From positions 2,080,001 to 2,144,000 of the forward strand of contig OY762825.2 of NCBI GenBank assembly GCA_963666425.2: a DNA stretch of 64,000 nucleotides, in the 5' to 3' direction. This document shows, one piece after another, positions 29,583 through 39,956 of the stretch (its first letter is position 1; each line of letters begins with the position of its first letter). Source of the DNA: Bacillota bacterium (lineage in GTDB: Bacteria > Bacillota > JAAYKD01). Position numbers and translations under genes: made by a program. The notes beneath the pieces are model-generated. The model was not told where the DNA came from, did no database searches, and worked only from the letters and a program-made list of their open reading frames with translations.

Positions 29583-31462
29583 TGCACCAAATTGATTTGG
29601 AACAAAGACAGAAGAATTATCAGGAATGCATCGCGCAATACAAAGCGAAAATTGTGATCTGCGGTGGGACCGGCTGTACTGCCAATGGCGCCAACCGGAT
29701 TTTTCAACGCTTTCAGCAAGAAATTACCGCCAAAGGACTGTCTGCAACCGTGGCTATGGAAAAAGAGAAAGCAGATTATATGCTGTCGAATTCCGGCTGT
29801 CAAGGTTTCTGTCAGATGGGACCGCTGGTGACATTATATCCCCAGGGAATTTTCTATGTGCATGTGCAGGAAGACGATGTGGCGGAAATTCTGGAAAAGA
29901 CGCTGCTGCAAGGCCAACTGATTGAGCGCTTATTGTATCAAGATGCCGATGGCAAGGGGCTGGCAGACACGCAGCATATCCCGTTCTATGCCAAACAACA
30001 GCGGACAACGCTAAAGTTGTGCGGTTTGATCGATGCACAGGATATTGAAGAATATATCGCCCATAACGGCTATCAGTCGGCACGGCAAGCGGTTTTGCAG
30101 ATGACGGACGCAGAAGTTTGTCAGACCATCTCAAAATCCGGTTTGCGCGGCCGCGGCGGCGCGGGCTTTCCGACCGGACGTAAATGGGAATTTTGTCGGG
30201 TAGAAAAAAACGATGTCAAGTATGTGATTTGCAACGGCGATGAGGGAGATCCGGGTGCCTTCATGGATCGCTGTGTGATGGAAGGCAATCCGCACAGCGT
30301 TTTGGAAGGCATGATCGTGGCTGCCAAGGGCATCAGTGCTACCAATGGTTATGTTTATGTCAGAACGGAATATCCTTTGGCCGTGAAGCGGATGAAAATC
30401 GCCATTGCAGCGGCGCGTGAGGCCGGTTTCCTGGGACAGCATATTTTTGGTTCCGAGATGAATTTTGATGTGGAAGTCATGGAAGGTGCCGGCGCTTTTG
30501 TCTGCGGTGAAGAAACTGCTTTGATGGCATCCATCGAGGGCCGGCGCGGTATGCCAACTTCAAAACCGCCTTTCCCGGCAGTCAAGGGGTTGTTCGGTAA
30601 ACCGACCATTATCAATAATGTCGAAACATTAGCAACCATTCCGGTCGCCATGCAGATGGGCGTAGAGAAATATGCCGCTCTGGGGACGCCAAAATCCAGC
30701 GGTACCAAGACCTTTGCCCTGACCGGCAACGTAGCACATACCGGTCTGATTGAAGTTCCCTTTGGTACGACGCTGCGTGAGATTGTCGTCGATATCGGTG
30801 GCGGCGTGATCAACGACGATGGCAGCAATGGCGGAGCGGATTTTAAAGCCGTTCAGATCGGCGGACCTTCCGGCGGCTGCCTGACTCAGGAACACCTGGA
30901 TATGCCGCTGGATTATGAAACGCTGCAGTCAGTCGGGGCGATCATTGGTTCCGGCGGACTGGTTGTGATGAATCAGCAGACCTGTATCGTGCAGATTGCC
31001 CGCTTCTTTATGCAATTCACCCAGAATGAATCCTGCGGCAAGTGTGTGGTTTGCCGGGAAGGTACCCGTCAGATGCTCGCTTTATTGGATGATATCATTG
31101 AAGGCAACGGCAGTGCGGAAGGATTACAGTTATTGGAAGATCTGGCACAAACGGTCAGCGTCGGTTCACTCTGCGCTTTGGGCAAGACATCACCGAATCC
31201 AATTCTTTCTACCTTACGGTATTTCAGAGAGGAATACAATGCGCATGTTTTTGACAAGCGCTGTCCGACCAATCGCTGCAAGAAGTTAGCTAACTATAAA
31301 ATCAATCCTGCCAAATGCCGGAGCTGCAGTCTTTGCGCCCGCAACTGTCCTGTATCAGCGATTACCGGCAGCAAAGGAGTCGCTTATCAAATTGACCCCA
31401 GTAAGTGCATTCGCTGCGGGGTCTGCCAATCAACCTGCAAATTCGGCGCTGTGGAGAAATAA
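29579..31462 (+). CDS. hydB: bifurcating [FeFe]-hydrogenase beta subunit (NuoF-like)
   Basis: N-terminal Trx-like 2Fe-2S domain, GRGGAGFPTG, GDEGDPGAFMDR, GAFVCGEETAL, GGPSGGC, CGKCVVCREG, two C-terminal 4Fe-4S motifs. Confidence 0.92.
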   Translation: MMHQIDLEQRQKNYQECIAQYKAKIVICGGTGCTANGANRIFQRFQQEITAKGLSATVAMEKEKADYMLSNSGCQGFCQMGPLVTLYPQGIFYVHVQEDDVAEILEKTLLQGQLIERLLYQDADGKGLADTQHIPFYAKQQRTTLKLCGLIDAQDIEEYIAHNGYQSARQAVLQMTDAEVCQTISKSGLRGRGGAGFPTGRKWEFCRVEKNDVKYVICNGDEGDPGAFMDRCVMEGNPHSVLEGMIVAAKGISATNGYVYVRTEYPLAVKRMKIAIAAAREAGFLGQHIFGSEMNFDVEVMEGAGAFVCGEETALMASIEGRRGMPTSKPPFPAVKGLFGKPTIINNVETLATIPVAMQMGVEKYAALGTPKSSGTKTFALTGNVAHTGLIEVPFGTTLREIVVDIGGGVINDDGSNGGADFKAVQIGGPSGGCLTQEHLDMPLDYETLQSVGAIIGSGGLVVMNQQTCIVQIARFFMQFTQNESCGKCVVCREGTRQMLALLDDIIEGNGSAEGLQLLEDLAQTVSVGSLCALGKTSPNPILSTLRYFREEYNAHVFDKRCPTNRCKKLANYKINPAKCRSCSLCARNCPVSAITGSKGVAYQIDPSKCIRCGVCQSTCKFGAVEK

Positions 31463-31472
31463 GGAGAGCAAA

Positions 31473-33458
31473 ATGAAAAAGCAAACTGTGACGATTGATG
31501 GGATGCAAATTGCCATTGAAGAGGAAAAAAATTTGCTGGAAGTCATCCGCAAGGCGAATATAGAATTACCGACCTTTTGTTACAATTCTCATGTCAGTGT
31601 TTACGGCGCCTGCCGCATGTGCATGGTTGAATTGGTTGGTAAGGGTCTGGTGCCCGCCTGCTCCACCGCGCCGGCCGATGGTCAGGTGATCAAAACCAAC
31701 ACCAAACAAATCAGAGATCTGCGCAAAATGATCGTCGAGCTGATGCTGGCGCATCATGATCAGAACTGCAACACCTGTCCCAAGAGCGGCGACTGCAAAC
31801 TGCAAAGAATCGCTCAGCAGATGGGCATCACTAAGATTCGTTTTAAACAAATCAATGACAATCTGGCGATTGATGATTCTTCGCCTGCGATTGTGCGCAA
31901 TCCCAATCGCTGTATTCTTTGCGGCGATTGCGTGCGGGTCTGCAATGAGGTGCAGTCGGTCGGTGTGCTTGATTTCGCGAACCGCGGTTCAAACGCCCGG
32001 GTAGTTGCTTCTTTTGATAAAGAATTCGGCTCTGTGGAATGCGTCAACTGCGGCCAGTGTGTCAAAGCCTGCCCGGTGGGTGCCTTAACCCCAAAATTCC
32101 AGATTGAAGAAGTTTGGAACGCGCTGCATGACGAGAAAAAGAAGGTTGTTGTGCAAATTGCTCCCGCGGTGCGAGTTGCTTTGGGTGAGTATTTTGGTTA
32201 TAAACCGGGTACTTCCACCACCGGTCAGATTGTGACCGCCCTGCGCATGATGGGCTTCGATCAGATTTATGATACATCCTTTGCCGCCGACTTGACCGTG
32301 ATTGAAGAAGGCAATGAGTTCCTGGCACGCTATGCAAAAAAGCAAAACCTGCCGCAGTTCACTTCCTGCTGCCCGGCCTGGATCAAATTTGCCGAACAGT
32401 ATTACCCCGATCTGTTGGAAAATCTGTCCACCTGCCGTTCTCCACAGCAGATGTTCGGGTCTTTATGCAAGAATCAGCTGACAAAAACGCTGAAAGTAGC
32501 CAGGGAAGATTTAGTGGTTGTCTCCATTATGCCCTGCACGGCCAAGAAATTCGAAGCCAAGCGCGAGGAATTTGCGGTAAATAAGAATCCCGATGTGGAT
32601 TACGTGCTGACGACCAAAGAATTGTCGCTGATGATCAAAGAATTGGGCATTGATTTTGAAAAACTGGAACCGGGTTCTTTCGATTTGCCTTTCGGTTTCA
32701 AAACCGGCGCCGGGGTGATTTTTGGCGCTTCCGGCGGAGTCAGCGAAGCGGTGCTGCGCTATGCGGCAGCCAGCTTAAGCAATGGTCAGCTGCCGGATAT
32801 GAAGGAACTGCGTGGCGGCGATGAAGTCAAGATCAGTCAAATTACCTTGGGTGATATTACGCTGCGGCTGGCCGTGGTCAGCGGTTTACAGAACGCCCGT
32901 AACTTAATCGATAAAATCCGCAGCGGAGAAGAACATTTCGATTTGGTGGAAGTAATGGCCTGCTGCGGCGGTTGTATCAACGGCGGCGGTCAGCCGGTGA
33001 CCGACCATGATCCGGATCTCGCGAAACGCGCCAAGGGTTTATTTGATAATGACAAGATGCTGCAGTTTCACAGCGCGCAGGAGAATCCGTATGTCATGAA
33101 AATGTATCAGGACGGCATCATCGACGAACATCTTGCCCATAGCATACTGCATACCGGTTACAAAAACCGTCGGCGGATCAGTATGGAAGATGTGGTCCTA
33201 TCCAAAGCCTCTGCGGAACAAAAGCTTTCCCTGAATATTTGTATGGGGACCAGCTGCTATCTGCGCGGTGCGCAGGAGCTCTACACCAGACTGATTCACT
33301 ATATCCGCGAAAACGGGCTGGAAGCCACGACGGAAGTCAATGCTTCCTTCTGCAGTGAGCGCTGTAAAAAGGGACCGGTTGTCACCATCAATGGCACGAC
33401 TATTGAACACTGCTCCTTCGAGGATGCGGTGCGCGAAATCAAGCGTGTTATAAGATAG
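31473..33458 (+). CDS. hydA: [FeFe]-hydrogenase catalytic alpha subunit (group A3) with C-terminal thioredoxin-like [2Fe-2S] domain
   Basis: H-cluster motifs FTSCCPAW, MPCTAKKFE, EVMACCGGCINGGGQP; N-terminal FeS clusters; AAGGAG RBS before ATG 31473. Confidence 0.93.
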   Translation: MKKQTVTIDGMQIAIEEEKNLLEVIRKANIELPTFCYNSHVSVYGACRMCMVELVGKGLVPACSTAPADGQVIKTNTKQIRDLRKMIVELMLAHHDQNCNTCPKSGDCKLQRIAQQMGITKIRFKQINDNLAIDDSSPAIVRNPNRCILCGDCVRVCNEVQSVGVLDFANRGSNARVVASFDKEFGSVECVNCGQCVKACPVGALTPKFQIEEVWNALHDEKKKVVVQIAPAVRVALGEYFGYKPGTSTTGQIVTALRMMGFDQIYDTSFAADLTVIEEGNEFLARYAKKQNLPQFTSCCPAWIKFAEQYYPDLLENLSTCRSPQQMFGSLCKNQLTKTLKVAREDLVVVSIMPCTAKKFEAKREEFAVNKNPDVDYVLTTKELSLMIKELGIDFEKLEPGSFDLPFGFKTGAGVIFGASGGVSEAVLRYAAASLSNGQLPDMKELRGGDEVKISQITLGDITLRLAVVSGLQNARNLIDKIRSGEEHFDLVEVMACCGGCINGGGQPVTDHDPDLAKRAKGLFDNDKMLQFHSAQENPYVMKMYQDGIIDEHLAHSILHTGYKNRRRISMEDVVLSKASAEQKLSLNICMGTSCYLRGAQELYTRLIHYIRENGLEATTEVNASFCSERCKKGPVVTINGTTIEHCSFEDAVREIKRVIR

Positions 33459-33489
33459 CGGTTCCGCTAAAAAACCACAAGATCAGATC

Positions 33490-33542
33490 AGGCATACGGC
33501 TTGGAGCAGACGATTTTTTGCTGCATTCCAGGCGTATGCCTT
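33490..33542 (+). terminator. long hairpin between hydA and hydS
   Basis: AGGCATACG.CTTGGA...TCCAGG.CGTATGCCT followed by a weak T-rich tail. Confidence 0.5.
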
Positions 33543-33592
33543 GTGTTATTGACGCGGATGTTTTATACTGGATTTAAAAACCGGATGAGAAG

Positions 33593-35467
33593 GTGAAAAA
33601 AATGGATGTTGAGCATCAGATCGAAGAGAAGCAGTTGTTGAAAACCAACGTGATTTATACGGAATTTGCCAATTGTCAGGATTGTTACCGCTGTGTCCGG
33701 GCCTGTCCCGTCAAAGCGGTGCGAGTCAGCAACAGCCAGGCTCGTGTGACCGACGATCTCTGCGTTCACTGCGGCATTTGTGTGCAGGAATGCCCTCAGC
33801 ATGCCAAAGTGATTGCCCCCAGTCTGAAGCAGGTCAAGCAATTGATTGCCAGCGGCAAGCCGGTAGCGGTTTCGCTCGCACCGTCTTTTGCCGCTCTGTT
33901 CAGCGGTTGGAGCGCCAGAAGACTGCCTTCTGCGCTCAGATTATTGGGATTTTCCTATATTGCCGAAACAGCGGAAGGCGCGGAATTTGTCTCGGAAAAG
34001 ACAGTGACGCTGCTCGATCAAGGCAATATTACCACCGCCTGCCCTGCCGTGGTCAATTATATTGAAAAATATCACCCCGAGTTGATTTCCTATTTGCTGC
34101 CGGTCGTTTCTCCGATGATTGCCCATGGCCGTATCTTAAAACAGCGCTTAGGCGCCGATTATAAAGTTGTTTTTATTGGGCCCTGTGCCGCCAAGAAGCA
34201 AGAAATTCTGCGGCCGGAACTGGCAGATGCCATTGATGCCGTCCTGACTTTCCAGGAACTGCAGGAATGGATGGACGAAGAAGAATTGGTCGTAGCTAAT
34301 TGCGCCGAATCCGATTTCGATCATAACGACGGTTATGAGAAAGCGCGTCTTTATCCGCTGCAGGGCGGACAATTAAAGGCCTGCGGCATCACGTCCGACA
34401 ACACACAAAACGATATCCTGCATATCAGCGGTGCTGAAAACCTGATCACCTTTTTTGCTTCCGCCAATAATCTCAATTATCGCATGATTGAACCGTTGTT
34501 TTGCAGCGGTGGCTGCATTGCCGGGCCGGCATTTCCGCAAAACCTCAATTTATATCAAAAGAAACAGGCTTTGATCGACTACGCGGAAAACTGCGCCCAG
34601 CTGAAGCATTTCCTGAAAGCCACCACCGGCAGCGAAAGAGCGGCCGCCGCGAACCAAGAAGCAGACACTGCGGCAAACCCGCTGCAGCCTGATCTGCCTG
34701 TGTCAGCCAGGGAGCAAGCTGTCCTGACAGGCCAATCGACCATCAAATCGCAGGTGAATGAGATCACTTATCTGACTGCGTTCGATCCCACGGAAGCAAT
34801 TCATTTGGAAGAAATCGATGAAAACAGAATTCAGCTTGCCCTGGAACACACCGGCAAGAGTTCTTCCGAGAATCATTTGAACTGCGGCGCCTGCGGTTAT
34901 AATACCTGCCGGGATAAGGCGATTGCCGTAGCCCGCGGTTTAGCCGATCCGGAAATGTGCCTGCCCTACATGCGCCGTTTAGCACAGCAGCGCTCCGATA
35001 AGATCATGGAGACGAGTCCGGATGGAATTGTCGTTTTGGATGCGGAACTGAACATTCTGCATATGAATCCCTCCTTCCAGAAAATGTTTTTCTGCAGCAA
35101 CGGTATTTTGGGGAAACGAATTTCTTATCTCGTCCCTGCCGATGGTTATGAGAAAATGGTCAGCGGTCAGGCCGAACAATATGAGTCGATTCACTCAAAG
35201 TATGGCATGAAGTATCACGAAATCCTCTATGCTTTGCGCAATGAAGCGCAGTACGTCGGCATCTATTCCAACATTACGCAGTTAAAGTTTGACAGCGGCC
35301 AGATCGATCTGATCAAACGTCAGACCTTAGAACATGCCAAAGAATTATTGGATCATCAAATCCGTTTTTCTCAGGAGATGGCGCATTTTTTGGGGAAGAA
35401 TACGGCCCAGAGCGAAGATCTGGTCAAGCGAATCACAGATTTGTTCTCGGATGACAGCAAAGTGTAA
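33593..35467 (+). CDS. sensory [FeFe]-hydrogenase with PAS domain (group C, HydS/HfsB-like)
   Basis: 2x[4Fe-4S] N-terminus; altered H-cluster motifs TTACP, GPCAAKKQE, LFCSGGCIAGP; NCGACGYNTC FeS domain; C-terminal PAS (PDGIVVLD...MNPSF). Confidence 0.88.
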   Translation: MKKMDVEHQIEEKQLLKTNVIYTEFANCQDCYRCVRACPVKAVRVSNSQARVTDDLCVHCGICVQECPQHAKVIAPSLKQVKQLIASGKPVAVSLAPSFAALFSGWSARRLPSALRLLGFSYIAETAEGAEFVSEKTVTLLDQGNITTACPAVVNYIEKYHPELISYLLPVVSPMIAHGRILKQRLGADYKVVFIGPCAAKKQEILRPELADAIDAVLTFQELQEWMDEEELVVANCAESDFDHNDGYEKARLYPLQGGQLKACGITSDNTQNDILHISGAENLITFFASANNLNYRMIEPLFCSGGCIAGPAFPQNLNLYQKKQALIDYAENCAQLKHFLKATTGSERAAAANQEADTAANPLQPDLPVSAREQAVLTGQSTIKSQVNEITYLTAFDPTEAIHLEEIDENRIQLALEHTGKSSSENHLNCGACGYNTCRDKAIAVARGLADPEMCLPYMRRLAQQRSDKIMETSPDGIVVLDAELNILHMNPSFQKMFFCSNGILGKRISYLVPADGYEKMVSGQAEQYESIHSKYGMKYHEILYALRNEAQYVGIYSNITQLKFDSGQIDLIKRQTLEHAKELLDHQIRFSQEMAHFLGKNTAQSEDLVKRITDLFSDDSKV

Positions 35468-35476
35468 ACAATTGAG

Positions 35477-36628
35477 GTGATTGCGGTGAATTATTATGAG
35501 CATACAGTCAAACAGGAGAAGAAAGTCAATCAGCGTGTCTTGGGTGACTATTGCTTAAGCAGTCGAACCCCTACGATGTCCATTTTTGTTTTATGCGACG
35601 GGATCGGTTCGGGCATCTATGCCAACATCGCTGCGATCGTTTGTGCCAACCGCTTGGTCGAACTCGCGAGACATGAGTTTTCTTTTCGCAGCGCCTGCGA
35701 AATTGTGGCGGATTCCATGCACCGTGCCCGCACCGAAGAGATGCCTTTTTCCGCATTTACCGCGGTTAGGATTTTGAATGATGGCAATTTCACGATTTAT
35801 ACCTACGAATCGCCCAATCCGATCCTGATCAGCGAAGGGACAGCGCAGGTGATGAAACCGCGTTTCTATACGGCGGGCTACGAGATTATCGGTGAAAGCT
35901 TTGGTACTCTGCGGGAAAACGAAAGTTTGTTTCTCTGTTCCGACGGCGTAACGCAAGCCGGCATGGGCGCCAAATATGTTTTCGGTATCGGAGCCAATGG
36001 AATTGCCGATTATTTGAATCATGAGCTGGCGGAATCTGCGGACTGGCAGCTGAAGTTAGATAAGATCGTCGAACTAACCAAAAAAATCTCCGGTGGTTAT
36101 GCTGCCGACGATACTTCAATTTTGCTGATTCACCGCAGAAAAGCGGTCAGTTTAACCATTCTGTCCGGTCCGCCGGAGCAAAAGAACAGTGATCAGGAGT
36201 TTGTGGCCAGGTTCATGGCACAGGAAGGACTGCACATCATTTGCGGTTCCACCACCGCCGATATTGTGGCACGGGAACTGAAGCGCAAAGTCCAAATGGT
36301 TGAGGGTTCCCTCTCCCTGGGTTCGCCGCCGGAATATATCATGCAAGGCATCGAGATGGTTACGGAAGGGGCGGTCATGCTGAATCAGGTCTATAATATT
36401 ATCGACGAGCCGATCGCCCACCTGACCGACAGCACACCGGTGGAACGGCTCTGTAAATATCTGCTGCAGGCAGACAGCATTACCTTCATGATCGGGAACG
36501 CCTTGAATGATGCACATACTTCGTTGCTCTTTAAGCAGGTCGGTGTCAAACCGCGTTCGACCACGATGAAACTGATCAAAGAGAAATTGGAGCAGATGGG
36601 CAAATTAGTGATCGAAGAGAATTATTAA
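35477..36628 (+). CDS. SpoIIE/PP2C-type Ser/Thr phosphatase (HfsC-like)
   Basis: LCDGIGSG, CSDGVTQAG, ADDTS, ICGSTTA, VTEG; follows HydS. Confidence 0.85.
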   Translation: MIAVNYYEHTVKQEKKVNQRVLGDYCLSSRTPTMSIFVLCDGIGSGIYANIAAIVCANRLVELARHEFSFRSACEIVADSMHRARTEEMPFSAFTAVRILNDGNFTIYTYESPNPILISEGTAQVMKPRFYTAGYEIIGESFGTLRENESLFLCSDGVTQAGMGAKYVFGIGANGIADYLNHELAESADWQLKLDKIVELTKKISGGYAADDTSILLIHRRKAVSLTILSGPPEQKNSDQEFVARFMAQEGLHIICGSTTADIVARELKRKVQMVEGSLSLGSPPEYIMQGIEMVTEGAVMLNQVYNIIDEPIAHLTDSTPVERLCKYLLQADSITFMIGNALNDAHTSLLFKQVGVKPRSTTMKLIKEKLEQMGKLVIEENY

Positions 36629-36639
36629 GTCAAAAGACT

Positions 36640-36688
36640 AAAAACGGTTTCTTACGCCGGTCAAACCGATGCGAAAGAAGCCGTTTTT
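36640..36688 (+). terminator. terminator at the end of the hydrogenase block
   Basis: AAAAACGGTTTCTT...AAGAAGCCGTTTTT. Confidence 0.75.
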
Positions 36689-36727
36689 CGTATTTGCGGT
36701 GCTGCAGCGGCAGCGATTGGACAACGG

Positions 36728-36756
36728 GCAGGATTCTGCAGTGGGTTTGGCGAATT
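36728..36756 (+). promoter_or_regulatory. sigma-H-type promoter upstream of lon
   Basis: GCAGGATTC...GCGAATT, AGGA-N18-GAAT. Confidence 0.6.
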
Positions 36757-36814
36757 ATACTAATTATGAATGATAATCTGAGAACCAGATTGTATAAAAA
36801 GAGGAGCTGTTTAC

Positions 36815-39184
36815 TTGTCAGAAGCAAAGAGTTATGTCGTGTTGCCTTTGGAAGAGGTTGTTGTTTTCCCGCATACCATGCTGCGGTTGGATTTTATGCA
36901 AAGTAAAGTGGAGCGCGATGTGGAAGACGCCATGGCGCGCGGTGAACAGGTGCTGATTGTTGGTTACCGCAAAGAAGTGGATGATACTGCCAGTCAGGTA
37001 GACGCCGATAAATTGGCTTTGGTTGGCACGATCTGCCGTGTGAAGCAAATCATGCGCTTACCCGGCGGTCAAAAGCAAGTTGTTTTGGAAGGTCAGCAGC
37101 GTGGTTTGGTGCATACTTATCAGCCGAACGGTGAAGAAGCACTGCGCGCTCAGGCAACCGAGCAGACGGATCCGGAGGCAGTCGATGAGAAATCCACTTT
37201 ATTGGTGGAACGGATCACCGAACGATTGCGGCAATTGATTCGGCTGAATCAAAAATATCCGGCCAGCGTGCTGAGAGAAGCCGGTATGATGCAGACACCC
37301 GGCTTATTCGCGGATTATTTGGCCACCCATCTGCAGTTTTCCTTTCAGGAAAAGCAGGTCATGCTGGCGGATCTATCGGTCGAGCAGCGTCTCTTGGATT
37401 TAAGTGTTTTTATCGAAAAAGTGATCCAGCGGCATGAACTGGAGAATTATATTCAAACCCAAACCCAAACCGTGATGGCGAAGAGTCAGCGGGAGTATTT
37501 TCTGCGCGAACAGATCAAGGTCATTCAGAAAGAATTAGGCGAAGCGGAAGAAAAGCAGGCGGAAAAAGAGCGGATGGCAGCCATGCTGGAAGCGATTCAA
37601 GGCATTTCTGCCGACAATAAAGAGAAGCTGAACAAAGAAATTAATCGTTTGGAAAAGATGCCGGCCAGTACTCCCGAAGCGGCTGTGCTGCGGCAATACC
37701 TGGATACGGTCTTTCAATTACCTTGGGATACCTTGACAGAAGATATGCTGGATATCAAGGCGGCCGAGATGGTTCTGGATCAAGACCATTATGCTTTGGA
37801 AAAGCCAAAAGAGCGGATTCTGGAATACTTGGCGGTCCGACAGTTGAGCAACAGCCTGAAAGGACCGATTATCTGTCTGGTCGGACCACCGGGAACCGGC
37901 AAAACATCCCTGGCCAAATCCGTTGCCAGAGCGCTGAATCGTAAATTCATCCGGATTTCTTTGGGTGGAGTGCGGGATGAAGCCGAAATTCGCGGTCACC
38001 GCCGCACCTATGTGGCTTCCATGCCGGGACGGATTATTCAGGGTATTCGGCAAGTGGGGGTACGTAACCCGGTTTTCCTGCTGGATGAGGTTGATAAGAC
38101 AAGCAGCGATTTTCGGGGGGATCCGGCCGCCGCTTTGCTGGAGGTGCTGGATGCGGAACAGAACAACACCTTCTCCGATCATTATTTGGAAATCCCCTTT
38201 GATTTATCGCAGGTTCTCTTTATCACAACCGCCAATAATGCCAGAGAGATTCCGCGCCCGCTGTTGGATCGCATGGAATTGATCGAACTGTCCAGTTATA
38301 CCGAAGAAGAGAAATTCGAAATCGCCAAGCGTCATTTGATTCCTAAACAATTGCAGGAGAATGGCTTACGGGATGATCAGCTGCAGTTTGCCGATAAAAC
38401 GCTGGTCCGGATCATTTCCGCTTATACCAGAGAAGCCGGTGTGCGGCAGTTGGAACGGCAGATCGGTAAAATCTGCCGCAAACGAGCCCGACAGATTCTG
38501 AGCGGCGAGGACGGTAAGCTAAACCTGACCGCCAACAAATTGGATAAATTCCTGGGTACCGCAATCTACAGTCATACCGCGGCCGAAAAGCAGGATCAGG
38601 TTGGTGTTGCCACCGGCATGGTTTGGACAGAAATGGGAGGCGAAATCCTACCGATCGAAGTCAGTATTTTGGAAGGCAAGGGTGACTTGATTCTGACCGG
38701 CAAACTGGGTGAGGTGATGCAGGAGTCCGCCCGGATTGCCTTGAGTTATGTCCGTTCCAAAGGCGAAGCTTATGGGCTGCTGCCGGAATTCTATAAAGAA
38801 AAGGATATCCATATTCATGCACCGGAAGGGTCCGTCCCCAAGGAAGGACCTTCGGCCGGAGTCGCTCTGGTTACGGCCTTGGTTTCGGCTTTTACCAAAG
38901 TTCCCGTGCGGCGCGATGTTGCCATGACCGGTGAAATCACCTTGCGCGGTAATATTCTGCCGATTGGGGGCTTAAAAGAAAAGCTGCTGGCTGCCTATCG
39001 AGCCGGCATCTACGAGGCGGTCATCCCCGAAGAAAACCGCAAGGACATGGAGGAATTACCGGAATCGATTCAGCGGAAAATGACCATCCATTATGCAGAA
39101 AATTATGAACAGGCGCTGGGCTATCTGATTCCCGAATTGGAAAGAAGTATCAAACAGATGAAACGGGGAAAGAAAGAGGAATAA
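36815..39184 (+). CDS. lon: endopeptidase La (Lon)
   Basis: [25 protein letters not shown], catalytic PKEGPSAG and GGLKEK. Confidence 0.96.
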   Translation: MSEAKSYVVLPLEEVVVFPHTMLRLDFMQSKVERDVEDAMARGEQVLIVGYRKEVDDTASQVDADKLALVGTICRVKQIMRLPGGQKQVVLEGQQRGLVHTYQPNGEEALRAQATEQTDPEAVDEKSTLLVERITERLRQLIRLNQKYPASVLREAGMMQTPGLFADYLATHLQFSFQEKQVMLADLSVEQRLLDLSVFIEKVIQRHELENYIQTQTQTVMAKSQREYFLREQIKVIQKELGEAEEKQAEKERMAAMLEAIQGISADNKEKLNKEINRLEKMPASTPEAAVLRQYLDTVFQLPWDTLTEDMLDIKAAEMVLDQDHYALEKPKERILEYLAVRQLSNSLKGPIICLVGPPGTGKTSLAKSVARALNRKFIRISLGGVRDEAEIRGHRRTYVASMPGRIIQGIRQVGVRNPVFLLDEVDKTSSDFRGDPAAALLEVLDAEQNNTFSDHYLEIPFDLSQVLFITTANNAREIPRPLLDRMELIELSSYTEEEKFEIAKRHLIPKQLQENGLRDDQLQFADKTLVRIISAYTREAGVRQLERQIGKICRKRARQILSGEDGKLNLTANKLDKFLGTAIYSHTAAEKQDQVGVATGMVWTEMGGEILPIEVSILEGKGDLILTGKLGEVMQESARIALSYVRSKGEAYGLLPEFYKEKDIHIHAPEGSVPKEGPSAGVALVTALVSAFTKVPVRRDVAMTGEITLRGNILPIGGLKEKLLAAYRAGIYEAVIPEENRKDMEELPESIQRKMTIHYAENYEQALGYLIPELERSIKQMKRGKKEE

Positions 39185-39793
39185 ATGAAAATCAAGCAAA
39201 TTGAACTCGTCATGTCTGCCGGTTTTGTTTCTCAATGCCCGCCGGATGTGCTGCCGGATATTGCTTTTGCCGGCCGTTCCAATGTGGGGAAATCCTCCCT
39301 GCTCAATGCAATGTTTCAGCGCCGCAGTCTGGCGCGGACCTCTTCAACACCGGGCAAGACGCAGACCTTGAATTTTTATCGTATCAACGATTGTTTTAAC
39401 ATGGTCGATCTGCCCGGTTATGGTTATGCCGCTCTGGGTAAAGGCAAGCAACAGACGATCAGTCAGCTGCTGCAGGATTATTTATTGAAGCGACAGCAGC
39501 TGCAGCTGGTGGTACAGCTGGTGGACAGCCGGCACGAACCTTCGCAGCTGGATCAGGAAATGACGGCTTTTCTGCAGCGCTGCTCACTGCCGTTTATTGT
39601 GGTTGGCACCAAGCGTGATAAGCTGACACGCAGTCAATGGCAGAGTCAGGCGGCTATGCTGAAACGGTCCTTGTTGCTGCCGGAACCTCCGCTCTTGTTT
39701 ACCACGGAAGAAGAACAAAGCCGAGAGGCGCTTTGGGCTGTTTTAGAGCAATTAGTGCCGCAAATTCTGCAGATGCCGGAAGAAACGGTTTAG
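39185..39793 (+). CDS. engB: ribosome biogenesis GTPase YsxC/EngB
   Basis: GRSNVGKSS, TPGKT, DLPGYGYA, TKRDK; abuts lon. Confidence 0.95.
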   Translation: MKIKQIELVMSAGFVSQCPPDVLPDIAFAGRSNVGKSSLLNAMFQRRSLARTSSTPGKTQTLNFYRINDCFNMVDLPGYGYAALGKGKQQTISQLLQDYLLKRQQLQLVVQLVDSRHEPSQLDQEMTAFLQRCSLPFIVVGTKRDKLTRSQWQSQAAMLKRSLLLPEPPLLFTTEEEQSREALWAVLEQLVPQILQMPEETV

Positions 39794-39956
39794 GATTATT
39801 TACCGCAGTTTGTGATGCATAAAAAAGAAAACGGGCTGTCTTTAGCGGGGAATCAGAGCACTGCGGGACGGCCCTTCTTACTTGCGATCGCTGAGCAGAC
39901 TAAAAAGAAAAGCAAAGACAAAACTCCGGAGAAGGAAGAGAAAGGGAGCCGACAGA

